A DNA stretch of 63,525 bases, counting the filler. It is 4 parts of 4 records of this genome, joined end to end, with 100 filler letters (N's around TTAATTAATTAA, not from the genome) between each part and the next. Parts side by side here need not be neighbours in the genome. Positions count along the whole stretch, not along the records: positions 1 to 31,614 come from SRR31156797_11047; 3 more parts are not named here. The stretch is one strand, 5' to 3'. The first letter of the stretch is position 1; every line of letters begins with the position of its first letter. Of the stretch, positions 1-10,511 are shown piece after piece. Both the position numbers and the translations under genes were made by a program. The notes beneath the pieces were generated by a model. That model ran no database searches, was not told the DNA's origin, and worked only from the letters and a program-made list of their open reading frames with translations.

Positions 1-225
1 ACAACTATAAACCTCACAAATAACAACTATCGCACAATTATCTTATCTATTTATCTACATGAAATAAGATATTGTCCACCTGCAAAATTTATGAATTAAC
101 TTATTTTGAAATTGATAATATATAGGAGTTTTATACAATGAAACAAACATGAAGATTTAATCTTTTAAATATTCGAATATTAAATTTTCCTGGGAGTTAC
201 ATGCAAATAATTTAAACATAAGCGC

Positions 226-1896
226 ATGAAGAATAGAATATTTTGGGTTCTGAGTTTGATGATTTTACTGACCTACGCTTGTAAAGACGATGAAGTAAAA
301 CCTAAGGAGGAAGAAGAAGATCCTAATACTGAAACAACTTTTACCATTCCAACTTATGATGATGACTATTCATCTATATCATCTTGGGCAAACCGTGGAC
401 AATGGAATTTAGCTAACGTTCATGATCCATCGGTAGCTTATTACAATGGTTATTACTACATGTACGGAACAGATGCTTCGTATGGAAATGAGCACGAAGG
501 ACACGGACATTTTCAAGGTAAGCGCTCCAAAGATTTAGTAAACTGGGAATGGGTTAGCGGTCCTTTTTACGAGGCACCTACCTGGGTTGCAGATTCACTG
601 AATAGTATTCGCGGCAGAATGGGACTTGTTGCTATTGCTGAAGATGATATTTCATATGGTTATTGGGCTCCTGTAGTACGTAAAGTTAATGTTGGTGGTA
701 AAGAAATTTTACGAATGTACTATAGCATCGTAATTGATAACTACATTAAAACAGGTAACCCTATTTCATCAAGCTTTGATGGTAGCTGGACTGAACGTGC
801 CTTTATCGGGATGTGCGAATCCAGCGATCCTGCCAATGCTGTTTGGGAAGACAAGGGATATGTTACTTGCTCTTCATCGGATCGCGGACTGGATTATAGT
901 CGCTCTAGTACATCAGACTGGAGTGGATATTTCTACTATAATGCTATTGATCCTACGTATTTAGTTACTCCTGAAGGAGACCATTACCTAATACATGGTT
1001 CCTGGCATAGTGGCTTTGCCATTTTAGAGGTTAATGCAACAACTGGTAAACCGATTAATACACTTGGTGAACCTTACGCAAACAGCACCAGTGAATTAAC
1101 TGCAAGATATGGTAAAAGAATAGGTACACGTGTTGGAAGTGGATACTGGAGCCGTTGGCAAGGCAGCGAAGCTCCCGAAGTAATTTACAATGATGGTTAC
1201 TATTATTTATTTATGGCATACGATGGACTGGATGTACCTTATAACACCAGAGTAGTAAGAAGCACAAACATTGAAGGTCCTTATTATGACATCACTGGTC
1301 GTAACTTTACCAATGGAGAAGGTGATTGCTATCCTATTGTTACCCATCCATACAAATTTAACCTTAGTAATGGATGGGTTGGTATAGCACACTGCTGTAT
1401 TTTCCAGGAGGAAGAGACTAACGATTGGTTCTATATGTCGCAAGGAAGATTACCGGAAGGGGTTAATGGCAACGCTTATTCCAATGCACTTATGATGGGA
1501 CATGTTCGCCGTATTGTTTGGTGTCCAGCTTCAACAAGCGAACCTGATAATTTATGGCCAATTGCATTACCTCAAAGGTATGCGGCTGTGCCGGATTACG
1601 GAACAATAACCAAAGATTCTCTGGTTGGAACATGGGAACATATTAACCTCAAATATACTTACGCAGAACAAAACACAGCCTCGTCTCTAACTCTTAAAGC
1701 AGATGGCACGATGTCTGGAGCGCTAACGGGTAATTGGAGTTATGATGCTTCTAAAAAGCAACTTACTCTGGGTAATGTTATTGTTTGTGTTGAACGTGAA
1801 GTCGATTGGGAAGCTACCCCCCGCCACGTAACATTTGTTTACGCTGGAACGGAGAAGAACCTTAACGCAACCTATTGGGGTAAGATGTCGAAATAA
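226..1896 (+). CDS. GH43 endo-1,5-alpha-L-arabinanase-like lipoprotein with C-terminal beta domain
   Basis: Lipobox LTYAC; GH43 motifs NVHDPSV, YWAP, NAIDP, SEAPE; C-terminal LVGTWEHI...LTLKADG domain. Confidence 0.85.
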   Translation: MKNRIFWVLSLMILLTYACKDDEVKPKEEEEDPNTETTFTIPTYDDDYSSISSWANRGQWNLANVHDPSVAYYNGYYYMYGTDASYGNEHEGHGHFQGKRSKDLVNWEWVSGPFYEAPTWVADSLNSIRGRMGLVAIAEDDISYGYWAPVVRKVNVGGKEILRMYYSIVIDNYIKTGNPISSSFDGSWTERAFIGMCESSDPANAVWEDKGYVTCSSSDRGLDYSRSSTSDWSGYFYYNAIDPTYLVTPEGDHYLIHGSWHSGFAILEVNATTGKPINTLGEPYANSTSELTARYGKRIGTRVGSGYWSRWQGSEAPEVIYNDGYYYLFMAYDGLDVPYNTRVVRSTNIEGPYYDITGRNFTNGEGDCYPIVTHPYKFNLSNGWVGIAHCCIFQEEETNDWFYMSQGRLPEGVNGNAYSNALMMGHVRRIVWCPASTSEPDNLWPIALPQRYAAVPDYGTITKDSLVGTWEHINLKYTYAEQNTASSLTLKADGTMSGALTGNWSYDASKKQLTLGNVIVCVEREVDWEATPRHVTFVYAGTEKNLNATYWGKMSK

Positions 1897-1952
1897 CAAT
1901 TCATTTTGTTATGTATTAACAAGGCGTTTAAAATAAATATATACTTATTCCT

Positions 1953-1987
1953 AAAATGCATCAGATTTATTCTGGTGCATTTTTTTA
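1953..1987 (+). terminator. Rho-independent terminator
   Basis: Stem AATGCATCAGA/TCTGGTGCATT followed by a T run. Confidence 0.75.
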
Positions 1988-2199
1988 ATAGTAAAAGCAG
2001 TTAGTTACACTTCAATCCTAAGAATAATCTCCATTTTGTCTTCTTGTAAGTTTAAGTAACACTACTTAAATATTTTGAAAAACATAATTTACTTTTAACA
2101 CATTCAATAGCTTTCTATTATTAAATGTCGAATTTTTGACATTATTATTCCATTGTTTTAATGATTATTACAACTCCTTAAATCTTAAAAAATATAATC

Positions 2200-3147
2200 A
2201 TGAAAAAATGTAATTATTGCCATTACCTCCTATTTATAGGAATAGTTCTTTTATTATCGGCTTGTAAAAAACAGGAGATTGAACCATTCGCAAATAATAA
2301 TCTATTAAAATCAACTTACTCTTTAAACAACTGGATGTCAATCATTGATGATAATACCCAATTATCTGAATTATCCATTCCGGGTTCTCATGATGCCGGA
2401 GCCATGTACGAATCTTGGCCAGGCACAGCTAAATGCCAGAATCTGACCATAGGGGAACAATTAAATATTGGAACTCGCTTTATTGATATTAGATGCCGCC
2501 ATATCGATGATGCTTTTGCTATCCACCACGGTTCGGTTTACCAAAATCTTAATTTTGATGATGTGCTTGAATATTGCTGGGACTTTCTGGCATCAAACCC
2601 AAGTGAGACTATTATTATGAGCGTAAAAGAGGAATACGACGAGTCTAATACAACCCGTACATTTCAGGAAACTTTTGACACTTATATAGCTAAAAATCCG
2701 GATGGATGGTATACTGGTGCATCTGTTCCTATCCTGGGAGATGTTAGAGGAAAAATAGTTTTATTCCGACGCTTTTCTTACTCTACCTCATACGGATTAG
2801 CCGCTACACCTGATTGGGCTGACAATTCCACCTTCTGGATTTACCATTATACAACCTTTAGAGTGCAGGATCAATATCAAGTAGATGATAACGATGATAA
2901 ATGGAATGCCATCACTTCTATATTTGATGAAGCTACAAGTGGAAATTCAACAACCTTATTTGTTAATTTTACCAGTGGATATAAATCGGGATGGTTTGGA
3001 ATACCAAGTATCACTACCGTATCCAATACAATTAACCCTCTATTGGTCGATTATTTTACTCAAAATACCAGTGGAAGGTATGGTATTATCCCAATGGACT
3101 TTTCTAACGAAGAACGAAATACTTTAATTGTTGCAACTAATTTTTAA
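2200..3147 (+). CDS. Phosphatidylinositol-specific phospholipase C (PI-PLC X domain) lipoprotein
   Basis: LSIPGSHDA, CQNLTIGEQLNIGTRFIDIR, HHG, PSETIIMSVKEE, VRGKIVLFRRF; lipobox LSAC. Confidence 0.88.
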   Translation: MKKCNYCHYLLFIGIVLLLSACKKQEIEPFANNNLLKSTYSLNNWMSIIDDNTQLSELSIPGSHDAGAMYESWPGTAKCQNLTIGEQLNIGTRFIDIRCRHIDDAFAIHHGSVYQNLNFDDVLEYCWDFLASNPSETIIMSVKEEYDESNTTRTFQETFDTYIAKNPDGWYTGASVPILGDVRGKIVLFRRFSYSTSYGLAATPDWADNSTFWIYHYTTFRVQDQYQVDDNDDKWNAITSIFDEATSGNSTTLFVNFTSGYKSGWFGIPSITTVSNTINPLLVDYFTQNTSGRYGIIPMDFSNEERNTLIVATNF

Positions 3148-3165
3148 GTAAATCCATTTACAGTT

Positions 3166-3189
3166 AGCCCGGAACTAATACTCCGGGCT
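3166..3189. terminator. Hairpin between convergent genes, probable bidirectional terminator
   Basis: Inverted repeat AGCCCGGA...TCCGGGCT. Confidence 0.55.
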
Positions 3190-3198
3190 CAATAATCT

Positions 3199-5460
3199 TT
3201 ATTTTGACCTGTAATTATTTTCCTCTTTTTCTACTATCACACTTTCCTTAAAAACAAACCCTTTATAAGTAGCTTCCAGCTCTAATTCTATCGGTTTATC
3301 TTCTTCGAGTACAGTTAAACTAAGGCTTCTTTCCGCTTTGATTTCCTTTCCATCTACTAACCACTTATAGGTATCATAATCCAATCCGGCATCTAATGTA
3401 AATTCCGATTGCCTGGTTCTAATTGTATCCCGAACTATTCTCTCTGCTCTTGCATAACGAGTATTCATATCATTGATATGTCCATCTTCCGATCTACCGG
3501 ATTTAGAATGCGCTCCTCTTTTTAAGCGGTAATGATTATTCCAGAATTTACCCAAATCAGATCCAAAATAATAACCTAACTGAGTTGGCTGGTTATAACC
3601 AATATTTTGGATAGCCACAGATAAACGATACATATGATCACTTAATAAAGAATGAAAACGATATGCTGTTTCAAAAGGCGTAAGATATAGTCTGATCTCT
3701 TTATTATCTTTTGTTCGAACCAGTACTTCCTCGCGCCAATCGCCTATTATATCTGCCTGCAAACAAGGGTTTCCTTTGGTCCAGTTGTTAGCTGCCAAAT
3801 CATTTTCATCAGGTAAAGGCATTGCATCTGTTCCGTTACCATTCCATTTACTAATTTTTACTCTCTGCCTGCGAAAAACACCTGAGCCATCCAGTAGCTC
3901 CCTATTTAAATCACCATCCCACCAAAGTCCCATATTGATGGAAGGTGTTCTGCGGGTTATCATTTCTCCTTTTGCTGTATAAACGCCTCCAGAATGCGTA
4001 GTCCAGACTTCCAATCCTTTAAAACGAGGATCGATATCAGCAGCCATCGCTCTCCCCACATCCTCTATAGATGGAATTCCCCATAACAATGCGCCTGTAC
4101 AAGCATCTCTTAATTCGGAACCCGCTCTTGTCGGTACATGTTCATGACAATCCCAAACCTCCAAACCAGGCCTTTCAATATCAATATCTGTCAAATGCAT
4201 GGCGTCTCCATGCCCCAATTGGGTATTGTATCCTCCAACACCATTATCTTCAATCATACAGGCACCAAAAGTAATTTCATCTTTTCCATCTCCATCCACA
4301 TCACCAACAGCTAAACTGTGGTTTCCTTGTCCCCTGTAGCTTTTATATTCACCATTATTATCTGAGGTACTGAATTTCCATCTTTTCGTTAACTGATTAT
4401 CTCTGTAATCCCAAGCCTCAATAACTGTTTTGGCATAATAACCACGACTTATAATTATACTTGGTTTCTGTCCATCTAGAAAGGCAACACCACCTAAAAA
4501 GCGATCAACTCTGTTCCCTCGGTTATCTCCATATTCAAAAGGCGTTCCCCGGGGAATAAAATCACTTCTGGCTAATTCTTTTCCGGTCATTCCTTCAATC
4601 ACAGAAAGAAATTCCGGTCCTTCCATTATTTTGCCATAGGTTGGTGAAGAAGGATTTCTGTCTACATAATCCAGAATCCCATCATTATTCTCATCTCCAA
4701 TAGTAGTTCCATCTCCAAACACTGTTCCTTCGGCCGTTTTTACAGCCAACTCTGCTTTTCCATCGCCATTAAAATCATAAACCAGCATTTGGGTATAATG
4801 TGCACCCTGACGAATATTTACACCTAAATCCACTCTCCAAAGAAAAGTACCATCCAGTTTATAAACTTCAATTAAAGTACCACCGTTACATTCGCCTTTA
4901 TGGGAATTATCCTTGCCACTATTCTCCCTTTTTAAGAAGATTTCCATTTCTCCATCTCCATCCACATCTCCAATAGAAGCATCATTCGGACTATATCTCC
5001 ATGAGCTATCTCCAGGAAAAGCTTGAATTGGAATAGTGATATAAGGCTTAGCTGCTTTCGAGGTCGTTAAGGAATAATTGGCTAATATTTCTCCAGATTC
5101 ACTATCTTTTAGAATATATTCGTTCGTCTTTTTTACATCAACCTTTTCATCCATCAAATAAGTAGAATATGTAATACCTGTGCTATTCAACTTTACAGGC
5201 TTTTTATTTCCTTCTTTTCTGAAAAGATCAAAAGCTTTGTCAATTGTATCCTCCGGTAAATACCTCCAACTAACAGCTACCGTTCCTTCTCCCTGATGAA
5301 TCGCAACTAAACCTCTATCTAGTTTTTCCTTTTGTATGTTTTGGAAATAATCCGATCCCTTGCAATCACATTCTTTTAATTCCTGACCATTAGCACAGGA
5401 AGTCACCAAAAATGTAAATAAAGAGAAACAATACAATTTTGTTTTTATTGAAAGTAACAT
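3199..5460 (-). CDS. PL11 rhamnogalacturonan lyase (YesW/YesX-like)
   Basis: EKLDRGLVA, NDASIGDVDGDG, GAHYTQMLVYDFNGDGKAE, GNRVDRFL, GQGNH, HGDAMH, GDWREE, YNQP. Confidence 0.92.
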   Translation of the reverse strand: MLLSIKTKLYCFSLFTFLVTSCANGQELKECDCKGSDYFQNIQKEKLDRGLVAIHQGEGTVAVSWRYLPEDTIDKAFDLFRKEGNKKPVKLNSTGITYSTYLMDEKVDVKKTNEYILKDSESGEILANYSLTTSKAAKPYITIPIQAFPGDSSWRYSPNDASIGDVDGDGEMEIFLKRENSGKDNSHKGECNGGTLIEVYKLDGTFLWRVDLGVNIRQGAHYTQMLVYDFNGDGKAELAVKTAEGTVFGDGTTIGDENNDGILDYVDRNPSSPTYGKIMEGPEFLSVIEGMTGKELARSDFIPRGTPFEYGDNRGNRVDRFLGGVAFLDGQKPSIIISRGYYAKTVIEAWDYRDNQLTKRWKFSTSDNNGEYKSYRGQGNHSLAVGDVDGDGKDEITFGACMIEDNGVGGYNTQLGHGDAMHLTDIDIERPGLEVWDCHEHVPTRAGSELRDACTGALLWGIPSIEDVGRAMAADIDPRFKGLEVWTTHSGGVYTAKGEMITRRTPSINMGLWWDGDLNRELLDGSGVFRRQRVKISKWNGNGTDAMPLPDENDLAANNWTKGNPCLQADIIGDWREEVLVRTKDNKEIRLYLTPFETAYRFHSLLSDHMYRLSVAIQNIGYNQPTQLGYYFGSDLGKFWNNHYRLKRGAHSKSGRSEDGHINDMNTRYARAERIVRDTIRTRQSEFTLDAGLDYDTYKWLVDGKEIKAERSLSLTVLEEDKPIELELEATYKGFVFKESVIVEKEENNYRSK

Positions 5461-5523
5461 AATCTATAGTTTTATGATTGTACCATCTTTAAAAAATAAT
5501 ATTCCGCCTGCAGAAAGAGTATT

Positions 5524-6960
5524 TTAATAAGGGGCAACAAAAGGATCTTTCACCAATTTTCCGTCAACTCGTATATCTTTAATATCGGCATTTTCTACAT
5601 CAGTATAAATAAACAATGGTCTTTTATCTTCTTTTTCAAAATAAAACCGAATATTATTGAAAAAGATGTCTTTGGCATGACGCACAAAAAAACCTGAAGC
5701 CGGAATAGTTCCAAACATCCAAGGTTCCGGATAGGTCTTTTCATTTTCAGGAGGTACAATTTTACCATCCTCAGCAGTAAAACCACCTTTAAAATGAATA
5801 TTAATATCTGAGAACGAAACTTCCTCGATGGAATGCCCAGGTACGCCACTAATGATATTAGAAAACTGAGAATCGGCGTTAAATACATTTACATGACTTA
5901 TCTGTATTCTTCTGAATTTACCAACAGGTGTTCCTTTGGGGCTTCGCTGACGAGCTCCTAAACGTAAAAAGAATGGAGAATTCCCCACATTTCGCATCGT
6001 GATATTACTCACGACTACATCCTCAAGCCAACCTCCATCAACTGCTTCTAGTGCCAATCCACGACTACGCTCGAAAATACAATCTGTAATTAAGATATTT
6101 TTAAATCCACCGCTGGATTCTGTCCCCAACTTAATTCTTCCCGTATTTCGTCCATGGTCAGGCGCAACCGATTCATAAGTCTCCCATTTTCCACTTAACA
6201 CCGTTCCGTTATCATATCCCGATACCAGGCAACCACGAATCGTCACATTCTCGGTATCTTTAAAATAACCCAGACCATAACTCGATTTTAACACGATAGC
6301 ATCATCCCAGGGACAATTTACGGTGCAATCGGTTATTCGAACATTTCTACAGCAGTCAATATCGAAGCCGTCTCTGTTGGTATCCACCTTTACATTCATC
6401 ACATGTAAATTATCGACACCTGTAGCCAGCAAAGCAAAGTGCCCGCAATTCAACATCGAAACATCCTTTAGGGTAATATTTTGACTTTCTTTAATGGCAA
6501 TGGCTTTGTTTCCCACTCCTGCCAAACGGCTTTCCTCTCTTGACAATCCTTCTCCATTAATTAAGCCGGAACCACAAATAGTAATATCATGTTCTCCAAT
6601 TGCCCATATCAAAGAGTTTTTCCAGTGACTATGCCCAAAATCCTGGTATGGATTATCCGGATTCGGTTCAGCCTGATCATACCCTTCTTTTTCTGTTGGG
6701 AAAGCTGCTTTAATCACAGCTCCCGATTCAATATGAAGTGTAATGTTACTTTTTATTCGAATAGAAAAACAAGCATAAGTTCCTGCTGGAATATAAATCG
6801 TTCCTCCTCCATTTTCGGAGGCTTTTAATATAGCTTTATTGATAGCTGGAGAATCAATATGAACACCGTCGCCGACTGCTCCAAAATCTTTAATATTATA
6901 AGTAGCTGCTTGTATAGTAGAAACAACAAATAAGGTGCAGATAAAAAATAGATATCGCAT
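5524..6960 (-). CDS. GH28 galacturonidase/rhamnogalacturonase family protein
   Basis: Start moved to MRYLFF (signal peptide); YNIKDFGAVGDG, NRDGFDID, DDAIVLKS, RIKLGTES. Confidence 0.88.
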   Translation of the reverse strand: MRYLFFICTLFVVSTIQAATYNIKDFGAVGDGVHIDSPAINKAILKASENGGGTIYIPAGTYACFSIRIKSNITLHIESGAVIKAAFPTEKEGYDQAEPNPDNPYQDFGHSHWKNSLIWAIGEHDITICGSGLINGEGLSREESRLAGVGNKAIAIKESQNITLKDVSMLNCGHFALLATGVDNLHVMNVKVDTNRDGFDIDCCRNVRITDCTVNCPWDDAIVLKSSYGLGYFKDTENVTIRGCLVSGYDNGTVLSGKWETYESVAPDHGRNTGRIKLGTESSGGFKNILITDCIFERSRGLALEAVDGGWLEDVVVSNITMRNVGNSPFFLRLGARQRSPKGTPVGKFRRIQISHVNVFNADSQFSNIISGVPGHSIEEVSFSDINIHFKGGFTAEDGKIVPPENEKTYPEPWMFGTIPASGFFVRHAKDIFFNNIRFYFEKEDKRPLFIYTDVENADIKDIRVDGKLVKDPFVAPY

Positions 6961-6980
6961 TTTAAGGTAATTTTTAATAT

Positions 6981-7739
6981 TTAATCCGGAGTAGACTTCA
7001 TCCACTCTGTGTCCTTGTTAACCCTGTAAGATCCTTTTTTAAATAACTCAGGCAACATAAAATAGTTATAGTCTGCATAAGGGCTTAAGAAGTAAAAACA
7101 GAAATATAAGGCTGAATCATTTTGTAATGATACATTGGCAGCAAGCACTTGCGCAGGTGTATTTTTGCCTGAATTTAAGAGCTGTGCCGGCGTTTCCTGT
7201 TGAAAAGCATCTGCCAGTCGCAACTTCGAACCTGCCGGCGTTTCTGCTTCTAAAATCTTTAATTTACGACTGGTACCATAGTATAAAGTAAAAGAATCTC
7301 CCTCTATACTGAACACATTTTGATAGCAATCGTCTGTTTTTATTTCCGGCTTCCAATTCTCCGAAACCGGTTTATTAGATGCACCTCCGTATGTCCAAAT
7401 CAATTCCAACCCCTCAGGTAAATCGGAACATTTTAATTGCATTACGCCTCCTTTACTATCTTTTAAAGGTCGGATGATATACTCAATTTTTCCTTTGTCA
7501 AGAATATCATCTTTTAATACAAATCGGGTTTCTGTTTCTGAATTTTTCACCTTTATCTGATCAAAATCAGAAAACCATTTGCTATTCTCGCCATGCATTA
7601 CTCCTAAACGTAATGTTCCGGCTAGTTCTGGTGTTAGCAAAGACCAGTCAGTACTCTGCCCAAGTACTGACTGTGTCATCATCATTAAATATATAATTAA
7701 CCCGGTATGTAATAAAAACTTATATTTTTTAATTTCCAT
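6981..7739 (-). CDS. Secreted hypothetical protein, possibly DUF4450-like, in pectin operon
   Basis: Signal peptide; overlaps CE12 gene stop; LAGTLRLG and YGGAS segments recalled from DUF4450 proteins. Confidence 0.45.
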   Translation of the reverse strand: MEIKKYKFLLHTGLIIYLMMMTQSVLGQSTDWSLLTPELAGTLRLGVMHGENSKWFSDFDQIKVKNSETETRFVLKDDILDKGKIEYIIRPLKDSKGGVMQLKCSDLPEGLELIWTYGGASNKPVSENWKPEIKTDDCYQNVFSIEGDSFTLYYGTSRKLKILEAETPAGSKLRLADAFQQETPAQLLNSGKNTPAQVLAANVSLQNDSALYFCFYFLSPYADYNYFMLPELFKKGSYRVNKDTEWMKSTPD

Positions 7740-8943
7740 CTGGCTTTTCTATTTCAACAAATGGCGTTGGATACCATTTAAAATCCTCAAATTTATCTGG
7801 TTGAGAAGGCACAAAATCCTTCACATCATCTCTTAAATATTTAACCAAAGGAAGGTTAATCTGTTTCATACCATAAACCACACACTGCACAATTTGTGAT
7901 CCTCCAAAAGGATTAAAATGTGTATTATCTTTTAAAGCTTTCGGTTGGTTAGGAAAAGTATTGGCAGGATAATGAACAAATGCATGAACCGATTCTTCCA
8001 CACCCATCGCTTCATATAAAGTTCTGGTATAACTGTGTAAATCAATCAATGGTACATTTTCTTCTTTGGCTAGTTTTTTCATAGCGTCAGGATAATCACC
8101 ATGAGTATCCACAATCTTTCCTTCTTCATTAAAGCTACGACGTTGAGTAGGGGTTATAAAAACAGGATGAGCTCCTATAGCTCTTGCCTTTTCAATAAAC
8201 TCCTTTAAACGATCGGTAAAATTCAGGTAAGCACCTCTGCCCTCTCCTTTTTCTTTTTGGTCGTTATGTCCAAATTCGGCAATGATATAATCTCCCGCTT
8301 TCGCTTGAGTCAATATTTTTTCCAACCTACGTCGGGCAATAAAGCCTGTTGCTGTTTCTCCTGATTCCGCATAATTAGCAACACAAACCTTATCGTTGAA
8401 AAACTGCGGTAACATTTGTCCCCAACCTATCCAAGGCTCATAATCCTGATCCACCACCGTTGAGTTGGCACATAAAAATACGGTAATCACATCCTGAACC
8501 GGTTCTATTTCGATGAATTCTACCTGAGGCGCTTCTCCATTAAACTCAAAGGACAAATGGCTATCCCAGTTAGGCTTGTTTCGTTCTCTGCTTTTAATAC
8601 GAACCACACGTCCTTCGCTAATGAGCGTATCTCTTTTATTGATGTTAAAATACACATCTTTAAACTCTCCTTTCTCAGTAGAAATACCATCAAAGAACAT
8701 ACGACGAGACTCTCCCCTTATAACGGTATGACCAGCATCCGATTTTGATCCAACTTTTACATGCACCCTGTAATTTCCGTCCGGAACATTTTTAAACATG
8801 ATGAAGCCATTCTCACCTTTCTCTAACGGTTTAACAATTTTGTATGGGTTTTCTTTTTCAGCACAGGAGAATAATCCCAGTGTAAGCATTAACAGGAAAG
8901 TACCTGATATTACTTTTGCTAGATTTAACTTTTTATTTTGCAC
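7729..8943 (-). CDS. CE12 rhamnogalacturonan acetylesterase (SGNH) lipoprotein with N-terminal beta-sandwich
   Basis: FLCANSTV (block I), GWGQM, EFGHNDQK, DNTHF; lipobox LFSC; GTG start. Confidence 0.85.
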   Translation of the reverse strand: MQNKKLNLAKVISGTFLLMLTLGLFSCAEKENPYKIVKPLEKGENGFIMFKNVPDGNYRVHVKVGSKSDAGHTVIRGESRRMFFDGISTEKGEFKDVYFNINKRDTLISEGRVVRIKSRERNKPNWDSHLSFEFNGEAPQVEFIEIEPVQDVITVFLCANSTVVDQDYEPWIGWGQMLPQFFNDKVCVANYAESGETATGFIARRRLEKILTQAKAGDYIIAEFGHNDQKEKGEGRGAYLNFTDRLKEFIEKARAIGAHPVFITPTQRRSFNEEGKIVDTHGDYPDAMKKLAKEENVPLIDLHSYTRTLYEAMGVEESVHAFVHYPANTFPNQPKALKDNTHFNPFGGSQIVQCVVYGMKQINLPLVKYLRDDVKDFVPSQPDKFEDFKWYPTPFVEIEKPDGN

Positions 8944-8965
8944 GGCTTATTTTTTTAAGGGTCTT

Positions 8966-10114
8966 TTATTTCAATTTATAAACTTCTACTCCTGCCAGCA
9001 AAAAACATCCAATACCATAATCTTCAAAGTCGGGCATACTATCATAAGTTACCGGCTGTCCATCTTTAGGCTCTTTACCTGTACCTTGCACATAACCCAA
9101 AAATCCATTCGGGTGAATCGCTTCTTCAATCATCGTATTCCATGCTTTAGAAATAATAGGCAGGTATTTTTCTTTAGATAAATAACCATTATTAATTCCC
9201 CAGGCCATTCCGTAAACAAAAAGGGATGTTCCGGTTACTTCTTTTCCTCCGAAGTTCTTAGGATCATGCAAACTTACATTCCAATAACCATCTTTACGCT
9301 GGCATTTCACCAAAGCTTCGGTCATAGCTTTAAAGTCATTCATATAATCCTGAAAATGCTTCTCGTCTTTAGGAATTTCCTGCATTACTCTTACCAAGGC
9401 AGCATACACCCAACCATTTCCTCTCGACCAATAACAATCTTCTCCATTAGGTTCTTTGTAAGGAGGTATAAAATCACCATCTCTCCACCACAAACCATCT
9501 TCGGCATTATATAGCCCTATGCCGGCCATTTCATTACGACAGTAGGCATACATATCCCACATCTTATCAAAATACTTTGAATCGTTTAGTGTAACACCTA
9601 ATTTAGCAAAAACAGGCATTCCCATTTGAATGGCATCAATCCACCACCAATCATCATTTTGAGGCGTATTTACCAACATATCCAAATTGGCAATGGCTTT
9701 ACGAATAGTCTTTGGCTCCTGGTTTAATCTATATAAATCAATATACGTTTGTCCAGCACAATAATCATCGGCATTACGAGTTGCAGGGCCGTTACGATAG
9801 CTCCATTTATGAAAATCTGCCCAATCGTAAGCATATCTATAAAACTCCTCTTCCGGTAAAATCGAATACATGGCCATTAATCCTTCGTAATAAACACCAC
9901 GTGTCCAAATATTACTTGGTCGCACTCTTCCTACATTCGAAGTAGCTGTATAATCGCTATACTTTTCCATAAAGTATTTATTTACCTTAAGTATAGCTTC
10001 CAGAGTTTCCTCCCTGTTTATTTGCTGTGGCTTTTTAGCGTATGCCACATTACTGTTTACAAAAAACAATAGTATCAATACAGATACATAAAACAATTTT
10101 CCTGAGATCTTCAT
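8966..10114 (-). CDS. GH105 unsaturated rhamnogalacturonyl hydrolase
   Basis: Start moved to MKISGK (signal peptide); WTRGVYYEG, ADDYCAGQTY, WWWIDAIQM, WSRGNGW. Confidence 0.88.
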   Translation of the reverse strand: MKISGKLFYVSVLILLFFVNSNVAYAKKPQQINREETLEAILKVNKYFMEKYSDYTATSNVGRVRPSNIWTRGVYYEGLMAMYSILPEEEFYRYAYDWADFHKWSYRNGPATRNADDYCAGQTYIDLYRLNQEPKTIRKAIANLDMLVNTPQNDDWWWIDAIQMGMPVFAKLGVTLNDSKYFDKMWDMYAYCRNEMAGIGLYNAEDGLWWRDGDFIPPYKEPNGEDCYWSRGNGWVYAALVRVMQEIPKDEKHFQDYMNDFKAMTEALVKCQRKDGYWNVSLHDPKNFGGKEVTGTSLFVYGMAWGINNGYLSKEKYLPIISKAWNTMIEEAIHPNGFLGYVQGTGKEPKDGQPVTYDSMPDFEDYGIGCFLLAGVEVYKLK

Positions 10115-10150
10115 TATATCAAGCATTAATTTTATACAATTTAACACCAA

Positions 10151-10216
10151 CAAATATAAAACATAGGCGATCTGCTTAAAATGGATATTTATACACAAAC
10201 CTCGATTTTTTATTCT
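10151..10216 (-). promoter_or_regulatory. Bacteroidota promoter with upstream shared motif, leftward pectin operon
   Basis: Minus strand GAATAAAAAATCGAGGTTTGTGTATAAATATCCATTT-N20-TATATTTG (TAnnTTTG -7 box). Confidence 0.6.
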
Positions 10217-10344
10217 ACACAAAACAAATCCCCAATACGCATATAAAATTCATGTAAAAGATGGATTTTAAGACAGGAAAGAATTAATAAAATTTCGACT
10301 TTTCCTATCATATTTTGCCTTATAGCACACTAGACGAATTAGCA

Positions 10345-10411
10345 CACGGATAAAAACACATGAAAGTGGTAAATACTCCATTTAATAAAATAGCATCATG
10401 CTTTATATTTG
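10345..10411 (+). promoter_or_regulatory. Promoter with putative activator direct repeat, sulfatase gene
   Basis: CACGGATAAAAACACATGAAAGTGGTAAATACTCCATTT-N20-TATATTTG. Confidence 0.65.
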
Positions 10412-10511
10412 AATATTGTGTATTAAACGAATCATGAATCGAATTTAAAATTTCAAACACTTCGTTTATCACACTACATCAATTGTTTTAAAATTTTATA
10501 TCTCATTCAAG

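Noticed and set aside
1-41. ACAACTAT/ACAATTAT repeats at 1, 23 and 34 upstream of the GH43 gene as an activator site
   Set aside because: Cut by the window edge, AT-rich, and no second instance to confirm it.
7729-8943. ANST in place of GDST as a sign of an inactive esterase
   Set aside because: Catalytic Ser, GHND and DxxH are all retained, so it is most likely a tolerated variant.
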